Shown here: piece after piece, positions 17,632 to 26,993 of the stretch
Position numbering within the stretch: the first letter of the stretch is position 1
Layout of the letters: every line of letters begins with the position of its first letter
DNA from: an uncultured Alphaproteobacteria bacterium
GTDB taxonomy: Bacteria; Pseudomonadota; Alphaproteobacteria; Rs-D84
Assembly: GCA_963931495.1 (NCBI GenBank)
Contig: OZ007020.1
Location: 750,001-782,000, forward strand
DNA length: 32,000 nucleotides
Reading direction: 5' to 3'
Notes under the pieces: model-generated
What the model was told of the DNA's origin: nothing
What the model saw: the letters and a program-made list of their open reading frames with translations, nothing else
Database searches by the model: none
Program-made: the position numbers and the translations under genes

Positions 17632-17658
17632 AAATCAACCAAGCGAAAGGATTCTGGG

Positions 17659-18273
17659 ATGAAACGTTATTTATTAATCACAATATGTACAATCATTTTA
17701 CCAACACTGGCATATGCAGAGGATAGTTATAATGCGCGCGATACGTATGTTGGGGTGCGTGTACACAAAAACGACAATATTGCATTTATGATGGAACCAG
17801 ATAACGGCGATGGTGTGACATTGCGCGATGACGGATTTGGTGTCGGATTAACAATCGGAAACAGACTGACCCAGAACGTAAAAATTGAATTTGAAACCGC
17901 ATATACAAATGGCAAAGATTCTGATGTCGGAAACGATTTTGAATTTCATGTATGGTCAAATATGTTGAACATGTATGTTTATCAACAATTTGGTGGCGCA
18001 GTTGAACCATATATTGGGTTCGGTATCGGGGTATCTGGATTGTGGGGTAAATCACATGGGCTGTACGATTTATCCGATGCAACCGCAGATTTGTCGTGGT
18101 CATTAATGCTGGGGGTGAACTTTGCATTAAATGACTATGTTGACCTGAACCTGGGACTGAAATACCAGAACTATGGCGATATGGATATGACGAATGACGC
18201 CGGATATCATAACTATACCGAAATTGACGCCACAGAAATATATATTGGTGCCGCGTACAAGTTCGGTTTATGA
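17659..18273 (+). CDS. small outer-membrane beta-barrel protein (Omp25/31- or OmpW-like)
   Basis: The signal peptide ends in LAYA. The sequence has alternating beta-strand character and ends IGAAYKFGL. Confidence 0.6.
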   Translation: MKRYLLITICTIILPTLAYAEDSYNARDTYVGVRVHKNDNIAFMMEPDNGDGVTLRDDGFGVGLTIGNRLTQNVKIEFETAYTNGKDSDVGNDFEFHVWSNMLNMYVYQQFGGAVEPYIGFGIGVSGLWGKSHGLYDLSDATADLSWSLMLGVNFALNDYVDLNLGLKYQNYGDMDMTNDAGYHNYTEIDATEIYIGAAYKFGL

Positions 18274-18855
18274 ACTCATATCATAATTACACTGTTGTAC
18301 CCATTCACCACTGCCGGTGCTGTCTGAAAATTCGGTACCAACCGCGATATAACAGCTGGTAATAAAAGCATTTCTACCATGGATGCTGGTGGTTGTTTCA
18401 CCGTTTGGCCCCGCCGGACATTGTTGACATGATGGTCTGGAACCATAATATCCCGCGTCACAGTATGCGAGGACCACACTCCCCCTGCACGGTTCGCAAC
18501 AAAGCAATGAATATTGTGTACAATTACCGTTTGAATCAGTACACACTTGACACAATTGTCCGGGTGGCGGGGTTATTGCTGTTCCGCCACCATCATCGCC
18601 ATCGTCACCATCGTCGCCGCCATCACCCGAACCTTCGCCACCACCCTGGTCCACATCTTTACAATACGTTGAGCATAATTGTACACTGGGCGCACAACAA
18701 ACAGTGCCTGATGCAACCATACTGATACACGCGACTTGACCGGCTGGGCAATTCTGGCCAGATTCTGCACCGCCCAGTGCATAAGACGCGTTTGGTGTAA
18801 TCAAATTAACAAATACACAACCGACAAATAATAATTTATTAAAATATTTCCACAC
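18268..18855 (-). CDS. secreted cysteine-rich protein, paralog C (function unknown)
   Basis: The GTG start gives the signal peptide MWKYFNKLLFVGCVFVNLITPNASYA. The mature part has about 17 Cys and a G/D linker. The C-terminal module CDAGYYG...CQQCP...ITSCY...SDSTGSGEW matches the C-termini of paralogs A and B. Confidence 0.7.
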   Translation of the reverse strand: MWKYFNKLLFVGCVFVNLITPNASYALGGAESGQNCPAGQVACISMVASGTVCCAPSVQLCSTYCKDVDQGGGEGSGDGGDDGDDGDDGGGTAITPPPGQLCQVCTDSNGNCTQYSLLCCEPCRGSVVLAYCDAGYYGSRPSCQQCPAGPNGETTTSIHGRNAFITSCYIAVGTEFSDSTGSGEWVQQCNYDMSS

Positions 18856-18866
18856 AACAGTTGCAT

Positions 18867-18992
18867 CTGAATCTAAACCACGTTTAGATTAGGCAAAAAA
18901 CGGGATATAAAAAATGCAGAATTCTGGGATTTTTACAAAAATAAAAACCGCCATTATAAACGGTGGTTTAGATTAGGCATAATATCACACCC
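18867..18992 (-). repeat. conserved ~129-bp element, copy 2, 5' of Cys-rich paralog C
   Basis: The architecture matches 6294-6422. A local palindrome spans 18870-18878 and 18882-18890. The direct repeat gtttagattaggc occurs at 18882 and 18966, again 84 bp apart. The inner inverted repeat matches 16 of 17 positions. The element ends 11 nt before the GTG start. Confidence 0.8.
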
Positions 18993-19040
18993 TGCGTGGC
19001 AATATTTTATCAATTTTTTCAACCAGAATCAATAATAATA

Positions 19041-19062
19041 AAAACGCCCAATCGGGCGTTTT
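19041..19062. terminator. bidirectional Rho-independent terminator downstream of ackA
   Basis: Stem aaaacgccc (19041-19049) pairs with gggcgtttt (19054-19062) around a 4-nt loop. A/T runs flank both sides. Confidence 0.75.
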
Positions 19063-19064
19063 TA

Positions 19065-20306
19065 TTATTTTGCAAATGAATAATCCATTTCCAAATGATT
19101 TGGATTATATGTTCCATTCATAATTGCAATCGTGTCTTCAACAATAACCAATTCTTCGTTTGTTGCAATCATGAATATTTTCACACGACTGTCGGGTGCG
19201 GAAATTTCCATTTCATCAACACCCTTGCGCGCCAATGCCGCAGCATTTTTTTCAGAATCCAATTTAACCCCAAATTCTGTTAAACCACTGCAAAACTTTT
19301 CACGCAGGTAATCGTCGTTTTCACCAACACCCGCAGTAAACACCAACGCGTCCGTATGCCCCAGTTCCGCCATAAATGCACCAATATATTTTTTTACATT
19401 GTGCGATTCCATTTCTATGGCCAGGCGACACTTGTCATTCGTTTCACGATTTTCTTCTACGTCACGACGGTCGGCGAAACATTCAGTCAACCCCAGCAAT
19501 CCAGAATCTTTGTTCAAATGCATCTGCATCTGGTCCGGTGTTAAGTGCAGACGCTGCATCACATACAAAACAACGCCTGGGTCCAAATCACCCGGCCGGG
19601 TACCCATGGTCAGCCCCGCCAATGGCGTCATGCCCAACGATGTGTCCACGGAAACACCATTACGTATCGCCGTCGCAGATGCCCCAGAACCAATGTGCAA
19701 TGTCACCAAGTTACATTCCGATGCAGGCTTGCCCAACATTTTTGCGGCACGTTTTGAAACATATAAATGCGATGTTCCATGAAAACCGTATCTGCGCACA
19801 CCTAATTCTGTGTACCATGCGTTTGGCACCGCATAACGATATGCATAGTCTGGCATTGTTTGATGAAATGCGGTATCAAATACCGCAACCTGGGTTGCGT
19901 TTGGCAACAACTGTTTTGCCGTGACAATGCCCATCAATGCCGCCGGATTATGCAACGGTGCAATTTGCGACAGTTCATCAATTGTCTTGATAACGTCGTC
20001 ATTTATTTCCACAGATGATGCAAATTTATCGCCCCCCATAACAACACGATGCCCAACGCCACCAATTTCATTCATGTCAATTGATGCTTCGCGTAACATG
20101 AACAAGACGACGTTCAACGCTTCGTTATGATTTTTCATTTCTGTATCTTTGCGTTGTTTGGTGCCATCTGGATATTTTTGTGTTATAAAAGAATCCGCCA
20201 ATCCGATTTTTTCAACATTTCCGCCAACAACATATTTTTTTGAATCGGCGTCAAAAACCTGGTATTTCAGTGACGACGACCCACAATTTAATGCAAGTAT
20301 GTACAT
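19065..20306 (-). CDS. ackA: acetate kinase
   Basis: The N-terminus reads MYILALNCGSSSLKYQVFD. FHGTSH and later ASKHA-fold blocks follow. I prefer the ATG at 20306, preceded by AAGGGGA. Confidence 0.95.
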   Translation of the reverse strand: MYILALNCGSSSLKYQVFDADSKKYVVGGNVEKIGLADSFITQKYPDGTKQRKDTEMKNHNEALNVVLFMLREASIDMNEIGGVGHRVVMGGDKFASSVEINDDVIKTIDELSQIAPLHNPAALMGIVTAKQLLPNATQVAVFDTAFHQTMPDYAYRYAVPNAWYTELGVRRYGFHGTSHLYVSKRAAKMLGKPASECNLVTLHIGSGASATAIRNGVSVDTSLGMTPLAGLTMGTRPGDLDPGVVLYVMQRLHLTPDQMQMHLNKDSGLLGLTECFADRRDVEENRETNDKCRLAIEMESHNVKKYIGAFMAELGHTDALVFTAGVGENDDYLREKFCSGLTEFGVKLDSEKNAAALARKGVDEMEISAPDSRVKIFMIATNEELVIVEDTIAIMNGTYNPNHLEMDYSFAK

Positions 20307-20376
20307 GTTATCCCCTTTGTTATCCGCGCCCAGCATAACATACGACACTGGATGTTTCAACACTAAAAAAAAGCAA

Positions 20377-21672
20377 TTAATTATTCAGTATATCCCCAGA
20401 TTTTATATATTCTGGACTGTCGTGTGGCAATGAACGCTGGGCACGACGCGCATATTCACGCGCCATATCATCTTTGCCCATCATGTGATAGTATTCTGCA
20501 CGTGCCCAATCGGCACGGCCATCATCATATGCGCGCGCCAACACCCAATATGTCAACGGCATTGGCGACGTCAACAATGCCCGCTTGCATAATTCAATGG
20601 CCCGTGTTACATCACCAGGCTTTCTGCGTTCGGTTAACACCAACGCCAGTGCCGTTTCAATCTGGGGGGCGTTATCTGTCAGTTTTAACGACTGTTCATA
20701 TGCATCAACACTGTCGTCATAGTGTCCCAATTGATATTCAATATCACCCAACAGTTCATAAAAATACGGATTATCTGGATTATTTGAAATCAGATTTAAT
20801 GTTCCGACGCGCGCATCATCTAAATTGCCTGATTGCATTCGTGCGATCGCACGCGCATATTGCGCGGCATCTGATGTATCTGTGTTCGGGTATAATGTCG
20901 CCACACGGTCAGGATTATACAAATACCCAACCAACTTTGCACGCGCCAGTTCATATTCTGAACGCTGTTGCGGCGTTGGCGCATTTGTTGGCACATAATC
21001 AGAATCTAATTTTTGTATTTGTTCACGAACATTGGACAGGCGTTCACTGGTCAATGGGTGATTTATCCGATTAGGATTTATACGGGATTCCAACGCACCA
21101 GTTATATTTTCCATTTGCCTGAACACGTCAATAAACCCGTTTGGATCCAGTTTTGCACGTACCATTAATTTTACCCCCATGTCGTCGGCGATACGTTCTT
21201 CGTCACGCGTAAATGCCAACATAGACTGTTGTGCAACACCGCTGGATCCCGCCAACACCCCAGCCCCCAGTGACGGGTCACCACCAATTGCCATTAATCC
21301 AATCCCCAGTGCTTGGATTAACATCGTGCGCGTCATTTCGGCCGACATACGTTGTGACATTTGTGCCATATGTCCGCCCAATGTATGCCCCAGTTCATGC
21401 GCAACAACCGCCTGTAAAGCATCTGGGGATTTTATTTGGGTCAATAATCCAGTATAAATATATACATCTTCGCCCCCCATAACGAACGCATTAAAATCGT
21501 CACTGTTGACAATATGAACATTTAACCGCCCATCTGGGATATCGGCCGCCGTCGCCAATGGCGCGACCAGTTCGGTTAAAATGCGTTCCAGTTCGGTATC
21601 ATTTATCAATGATGCGGCATACGTCGGCAGCGCAAAAATAACGCACAGTAAAAATATGAAAAACTTACGCAC
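20377..21672 (-). CDS. M48 family metalloprotease with C-terminal TPR repeats (BepA-like)
   Basis: A signal peptide is followed by the zinc motif HELGHTLGGH and a TPR-like C-terminal half. The GTG start overlaps the recG stop by 8 nt. Confidence 0.8.
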   Translation of the reverse strand: MRKFFIFLLCVIFALPTYAASLINDTELERILTELVAPLATAADIPDGRLNVHIVNSDDFNAFVMGGEDVYIYTGLLTQIKSPDALQAVVAHELGHTLGGHMAQMSQRMSAEMTRTMLIQALGIGLMAIGGDPSLGAGVLAGSSGVAQQSMLAFTRDEERIADDMGVKLMVRAKLDPNGFIDVFRQMENITGALESRINPNRINHPLTSERLSNVREQIQKLDSDYVPTNAPTPQQRSEYELARAKLVGYLYNPDRVATLYPNTDTSDAAQYARAIARMQSGNLDDARVGTLNLISNNPDNPYFYELLGDIEYQLGHYDDSVDAYEQSLKLTDNAPQIETALALVLTERRKPGDVTRAIELCKRALLTSPMPLTYWVLARAYDDGRADWARAEYYHMMGKDDMAREYARRAQRSLPHDSPEYIKSGDILNN

Positions 21673-23719
21673 TGATTGTCACCCCACGATCAAATATGAA
21701 CATCAAATCACGAACTGTCTGGGTTGGCGATGTCATATCGCGCGCGGCCGACGCCGCCAAACGGAATAAATCACGATGCCGGGCATAATCAACAAAGTGA
21801 TAATTTATCCATCCGCTTTGTCGTGTCCCCAGCAATTCCCCAGTACCGCGCATAATCAAATCTTGTTCTGCGATTTCAAAACCATCGTCCGTTTCGGTCA
21901 AAACATCCAAACGTTTCAGTCCAGCATCACTGACGTTGCGCCCATACAGTAATATACAATACGACTGTGCATTGCCGCGTCCGACACGCCCCCGCAATTG
22001 ATGCAATGCCGCCAAACCAAACTGTTCTGCGTTTTCAATTACGATAATTGTTGCGCGCGGGACATCAATGCCAACCTCTATGACAGTTGTAGCGACCAAG
22101 ATTCGCATGTCTGAATTATCATCTGCAAATTGTGCCATTACGGAATCACGTTGTGATTTGTCCATTTGCCCGTGCACCAACCCCGCATGTGGAAAAATCT
22201 GTTTTAATTCATCATATCTGGATTGAACCGCGGTTAAATCAGACACGTCTGATTCTGCGACCAATGGACATACCCAAAACACCTTGGCGCCGGCATCAAC
22301 CTGGATTTTCAGGCGCGCAACCAGTTCACTGATACGCGCGATGGGCAACTTGGTCGTTTTTATCGGCAAACGCCCGGCGGGTTTTTCATTTATAACCGAT
22401 ACATCCATGTCCCCATATACCGTCATTGATAACGTACGCGGAATCGGTGTCGCCGACAGCGCCAGCATATCTGGATTTGTGCCCTTGGTGCGTAATGCTT
22501 CGCGTTGCGAAACGCCAAAGCGATGTTGTTCATCAATTATCACCAATCCCAAATCTTTATATTCCACATCATCAGAAAATAACGCGTGCGTACCAACGAC
22601 AATCTTGGTGCGCCCGGAACGCAATGATATTAATTTTTCACGCCGGGATGCGCCCTTGTCCCGACCAGTTAAAATGTCGCACACAATACCGATTTTTTCA
22701 CACAGTGGTGCTATCTTGGCATAATGCTGTTGTGCCAGGGTATCTGTCGGCGCCAACAGTGCTGTTTGTGCCCCAGATTCAGCCATCTTTATCGCCGCCG
22801 CCAATGCGACAATTGTTTTACCGCTGCCCACGTCACCCTGGACCAGGCGCATCATCGGTATATCCCGCGACATATCAGAAAAAATTTCATTTATTGCCCG
22901 CATTTGGGCACCGGTCAGCGAAAATGGCAATGTGCCATAGAATTTTTCCACCAGTTTATATTTCTGGGGGCGCACGATACGCCGATTACGCACATCAGTG
23001 CGGTTACGACGACTGATTACAATTGCCGATTGGTGCGCCAATAATTCCCAATATGCCAACTTTACCATATATGGTGAATTCGGTAATAAATCATCCCCAG
23101 ATTCTGGATAGTGCACATGACGCAATGCATCAAAAAATTCGCAAATATCAGAATCTGATTCCCCGGCGATTTTATCCGGCAACATGTCAAAAATCTGGTC
23201 CCGAACATTTGCAAAAGTCTTTTGCGTCAAACCTTCGCCAGATGGATATATCGCCTGGACAGATGGGATTTTATTCGCATATTGCATTTCTTCAATAAAT
23301 TCAGGATGATTTATAACCGCCCGCGATCCGCGTTCCAATTTACCACTGACCATGCGCCATTGGCCAATTGGTAATTTCTTTAACCAATAATCCAGAAAAT
23401 TCACATTAAAAAATTGAACAACCACAGAATTACCCATTTTGTCCGCGCATATGATTTGTGTTGGGGCGCGCCGACCACGGAAAGAACCGCCACGCTTGTG
23501 CGATTTAACCAACAATGGAATCGTTATAACGTCACCCGGCATCGCATCAGTAACAATATCTGTGACGCCACGTGCACGAACGTATGCCGGGATATGCAAC
23601 ATAAAATCCAAAACACGTCGTCCACCCAACACATCACCAAAGCGCGTTGCCAGAACCGGCCCCACGCCCTTGATAAATTGCAAATCAGAATTCAAAAAAT
23701 CAAATAATTCGCGCTTCAT
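21665..23719 (-). CDS. recG: ATP-dependent DNA helicase RecG
   Basis: A wedge/OB N-terminal domain precedes Walker A GDVGSGKT, DEQHRFG and the helicase C motifs (QLHQLRGRVGRG). Confidence 0.95.
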   Translation of the reverse strand: MKRELFDFLNSDLQFIKGVGPVLATRFGDVLGGRRVLDFMLHIPAYVRARGVTDIVTDAMPGDVITIPLLVKSHKRGGSFRGRRAPTQIICADKMGNSVVVQFFNVNFLDYWLKKLPIGQWRMVSGKLERGSRAVINHPEFIEEMQYANKIPSVQAIYPSGEGLTQKTFANVRDQIFDMLPDKIAGESDSDICEFFDALRHVHYPESGDDLLPNSPYMVKLAYWELLAHQSAIVISRRNRTDVRNRRIVRPQKYKLVEKFYGTLPFSLTGAQMRAINEIFSDMSRDIPMMRLVQGDVGSGKTIVALAAAIKMAESGAQTALLAPTDTLAQQHYAKIAPLCEKIGIVCDILTGRDKGASRREKLISLRSGRTKIVVGTHALFSDDVEYKDLGLVIIDEQHRFGVSQREALRTKGTNPDMLALSATPIPRTLSMTVYGDMDVSVINEKPAGRLPIKTTKLPIARISELVARLKIQVDAGAKVFWVCPLVAESDVSDLTAVQSRYDELKQIFPHAGLVHGQMDKSQRDSVMAQFADDNSDMRILVATTVIEVGIDVPRATIIVIENAEQFGLAALHQLRGRVGRGNAQSYCILLYGRNVSDAGLKRLDVLTETDDGFEIAEQDLIMRGTGELLGTRQSGWINYHFVDYARHRDLFRLAASAARDMTSPTQTVRDLMFIFDRGVTISA

Positions 23720-23804
23720 TCATTGCTAAATTTATCCAAAATATTGCAATTTATCAACATAATAGTTGTAACCAGAATTTTGCATTCTGTATATTAAAAA
23801 TTAT

Positions 23805-23831
23805 AAAAAACAGCGGGGTGATGCCCCGCTG
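23805..23831 (-). terminator. Rho-independent terminator of rne
   Basis: Stem cagcgggg (23811-23818) pairs with ccccgctg (23824-23831) around a 5-nt loop. A T-run follows on the minus strand (plus A-run 23805-23810). Confidence 0.75.
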
Positions 23832-23834
23832 AAT

Positions 23835-25631
23835 TTATCCGACCAATTTTTGCCAAATTGTTTTCTTTTTTGCCGGCGCTTTCTTGCGCTTGCGACGCGG
23901 GGCGTTAACCGTGGCACGCCGCGCTTCGTTATGCTGCGCATTTTTACGCTTGGCATCCGTTGATGGCGCATATGCATTCAGCACATCTTCGGTTTTGTTT
24001 TGTTCGGGTGCGACACGTTGAATTGAATATTGATCAATATTCATCAAACTGTCGTCGCCAACAATCACGATTTCTGTGTTGAATTCATTTTCCATTGCCG
24101 CCAATTCTGCACGCTTGTTATTCAACAGATATATCGCAATATCGGTTGGGACCGTCATGATAATTTTTTGGGCACTTTTTGCCAACAATTTTTCCTGTAA
24201 ATGACGGAACAATATAATAGACGCCGTTTGAATTGATGGCACAACGCCCGCCCCCATACAGTGCGGACACGCAACATACGATGATTCAATAAAACTGCTG
24301 CGCAGACGTTGACGCGACAACATCAAGACACCAAAGTTGTTTATTTTTGCAACCTGGGTCCGGGCACGATCGCGTTTCATCACTTCACGCATTTTCATTT
24401 CCAATTTGCGATTGTTCTTTTCTTCTTCCATATCAATAAAGTCAATCGCAACAATGCCGGCCAAATCCCGCAAACGTAATTGCAATGCGATTTCTTCGGC
24501 CGCTTCCAGATTTGTATTCAGCGCGGTTTGTTCAATATCTTTTTCTTTGATGGCGCGGGACGAATTAACGTCAATCGTAACCATGGCTTCGGTTTGATTG
24601 ATGACCAGCGATCCACCAGACGGCAATTGAACATACGGGCCATGCATTCCTTCCAGTTGTTTTTCAACACCGGCCTTGACCATTAATGGCACGGCGGCAT
24701 CTTTGTATTGAACCAACTGTTTACGTGGGGCGCGACCATACATTTGAACAAAATACTGTTTGGCGGCATCATACGCATCTTCGCCCTGGATAATCAATAC
24801 ATCGTCTTTATCTGCCAAGAAATCACGGACAACGCGACGCAACAGTGAATCTTCGGTATGAATCGTCACCGGCGCAATTGATTCCAATGTTGTTTTACGA
24901 ATTTCATTCCATAACCCGACCAGATAATCATAGTCTTTGGCGATATCAACCGCATTTGCGCCGTACGCCGCGGTACGCAATACAACCGTCATGCCCTTGG
25001 GTATTTTTAATTCATGCAACACTTCACGTAAACGCGCACGTTCAGTCTTGTCAGAAATCTTTTTTGAAATACCGTAACTGTTACGCTTGCGCGAATTTGG
25101 CATCAGCACCGCAAAACGGCCCGCCAACGACAGATATGTTGTCATTGATGCGCCCTTTTGCCCACGTTCTTCTTTGACGCCCTGGACCAGCAATATTTGC
25201 TTTGGCTTTATGACGTCTTGGATTTTGAATTCATGCGCGCGTTTCAAAAATTCCTTGTTATCTTCGCCCGCACTGTGGTCATCGTATTCGGCAACTTCAT
25301 CGTTTTCATCATCTGGATCGTCATCGTCATCAACGATATTCGCATGCGCCAGTTCCAGCAGTTTCTTTTTCTGTTCTGGGGTTACCTGGTAATAATCAGG
25401 ATGAATTTCCGAAAATGGCAAAAATCCATTCTTGCCCGAACCATAGTCAACAAACGCCGCCTGTAACGATGGTTCAACACGAATAACCTTGGCCAGATAA
25501 ATGTTCCCTTTTATCTGGGGTTTTGTCGTTGTTTCAACGTCAAAATCCGAAACACGATTGGTTGCGGCATCCACCACAACCACCCGTGTTTCTTCCGGGT
25601 GGACTGCGTCCACATAAATCTTCTTTGACAT
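23835..25631 (-). CDS. rne: ribonuclease E/G family endoribonuclease (compact RNase E)
   Basis: The S1 domain reads GNIYLAKVIRVEPSLQAAFVDYG. A DNase I-like domain follows, then the Zn-link CPHCMGAG and a short basic tail. An acidic insertion (DDDDDPDDENDE) interrupts the N-terminal region. Confidence 0.85.
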   Translation of the reverse strand: MSKKIYVDAVHPEETRVVVVDAATNRVSDFDVETTTKPQIKGNIYLAKVIRVEPSLQAAFVDYGSGKNGFLPFSEIHPDYYQVTPEQKKKLLELAHANIVDDDDDPDDENDEVAEYDDHSAGEDNKEFLKRAHEFKIQDVIKPKQILLVQGVKEERGQKGASMTTYLSLAGRFAVLMPNSRKRNSYGISKKISDKTERARLREVLHELKIPKGMTVVLRTAAYGANAVDIAKDYDYLVGLWNEIRKTTLESIAPVTIHTEDSLLRRVVRDFLADKDDVLIIQGEDAYDAAKQYFVQMYGRAPRKQLVQYKDAAVPLMVKAGVEKQLEGMHGPYVQLPSGGSLVINQTEAMVTIDVNSSRAIKEKDIEQTALNTNLEAAEEIALQLRLRDLAGIVAIDFIDMEEEKNNRKLEMKMREVMKRDRARTQVAKINNFGVLMLSRQRLRSSFIESSYVACPHCMGAGVVPSIQTASIILFRHLQEKLLAKSAQKIIMTVPTDIAIYLLNNKRAELAAMENEFNTEIVIVGDDSLMNIDQYSIQRVAPEQNKTEDVLNAYAPSTDAKRKNAQHNEARRATVNAPRRKRKKAPAKKKTIWQKLVG

Positions 25632-25841
25632 TTTGTAATCCTTTTATGTTGGGTGCGTATGCAATGGATATGACCTGACCCCGTGGGGCGTCCAAGCCCA
25701 TGCCAAGGGATTGCACCACGATAATCATCAGTGCAAAGCAAATCATATAATAAATCAGTGATAACATAAACACTTAGTATCTGCCCCATGCTATACGACA
25801 AAGCACAGCATAGCACGCATAAATATAAGATATCAAGGCAA

Positions 25842-26873
25842 TTATTTTTTTCTGGACCGAATATTTTTATTGGCCGACCATTTCCCGGAAATATGCGGAA
25901 TCTTTTCCTTGGCATCCGCCAACCAGCGTTTCATTCGGGCCCGCAACCAATTTTCGTATACAAAAAACAGACCACCAACACCAATCAGCGGTAATACATA
26001 GTATATAATTCGGTATGCCAATAATGCGCCGAATATATCCGCCTTGTCCACAGTATCTGGTAATGCCAACAAGAATATACTTTCAAAAACACCGATTCCG
26101 CCGGGAACCTGGCTGAAAACGCCGGTTGCCTGGGCGATTACAAACAATCCGATATAGGTGCCAAACGGAATATGCACAAACGGTAACAGGCAAAAATACA
26201 AAACAAGCCCAGCCAAAAAACTGTCCATGGCCCCCAAAAGCGTTTGAAAAAAGGCCGTCCGGGTTGACGGTACATCAAACTTGATATTACCAATTTTAAT
26301 GCTTTTATTGCGAAAGAATATTGTGGCCGCAAAATACGCCAAAACAACCGCCAAACAAATGAAAAACAGTGTATTCAATCCGACGCTGGTACCAACAGAT
26401 GCGTTCAATATATGGGATGGAACCAAGAAATACCCGGCAATAACAATTGCAGAACAGCCCAGAAAGAACGTTAATCCCGAAAATGTTATCATTTTTACAA
26501 TATCACCACCGCGAATACGCCAACGTGTGTACAAACGATAACGAATTGCACCACCACTGACCACCGCGTTGCCGGCATTATTGCTGATTGCGAACCCCAG
26601 CATACCCGCCAACATCCACTTCCACCAAGAAACCCGCGCACCAATATAGCGTAAAGCTAAATAATCGTATAACGACAGCGCAATATATCCCAACAAACAC
26701 GCAACGCATGCCGCCACCAGATTCAACCATGGTATATCTATAATTGCATGAACAACGTCAGAAAAACTGTATTCCCGCAATTGCCACCACAGCATCACAG
26801 CCGCCAATATAAAGAAAAAAATGCCTGAATAACTGACTAATCTTTTGAACAGGCGTTTTGCCTTGATTGACAT
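25842..26873 (-). CDS. polytopic membrane protein, lysylphosphatidylglycerol-synthase TM-region-like (UPF0104/flippase-like)
   Basis: I count about 8 hydrophobic segments. The N-terminal pattern (YDYLALRY ... GAIRYRLY) resembles the MprF-type TM domain. There is no synthase domain. This is a pattern-level call only. Confidence 0.45.
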   Translation of the reverse strand: MSIKAKRLFKRLVSYSGIFFFILAAVMLWWQLREYSFSDVVHAIIDIPWLNLVAACVACLLGYIALSLYDYLALRYIGARVSWWKWMLAGMLGFAISNNAGNAVVSGGAIRYRLYTRWRIRGGDIVKMITFSGLTFFLGCSAIVIAGYFLVPSHILNASVGTSVGLNTLFFICLAVVLAYFAATIFFRNKSIKIGNIKFDVPSTRTAFFQTLLGAMDSFLAGLVLYFCLLPFVHIPFGTYIGLFVIAQATGVFSQVPGGIGVFESIFLLALPDTVDKADIFGALLAYRIIYYVLPLIGVGGLFFVYENWLRARMKRWLADAKEKIPHISGKWSANKNIRSRKK

Positions 26874-26993
26874 AAATATCCTTTTTCCATGGCGCAGGGT
26901 ACACGTATATCAGAAAAAAAGCAAATATAAAAATTGCTTTCTTGATATCTTTGGTTATACTTACGCAATACATATTAAATCAAAGGATACATT

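Noticed and set aside
25511-25915. 134-aa minus-strand ORF spanning the rne leader (also 25540-25773)
   Set aside because: It overlaps the 5' end of rne and the 3' end of the upstream membrane-protein gene in other frames. It has no SD and no recognisable motif. I treat the region as an untranslated leader instead.
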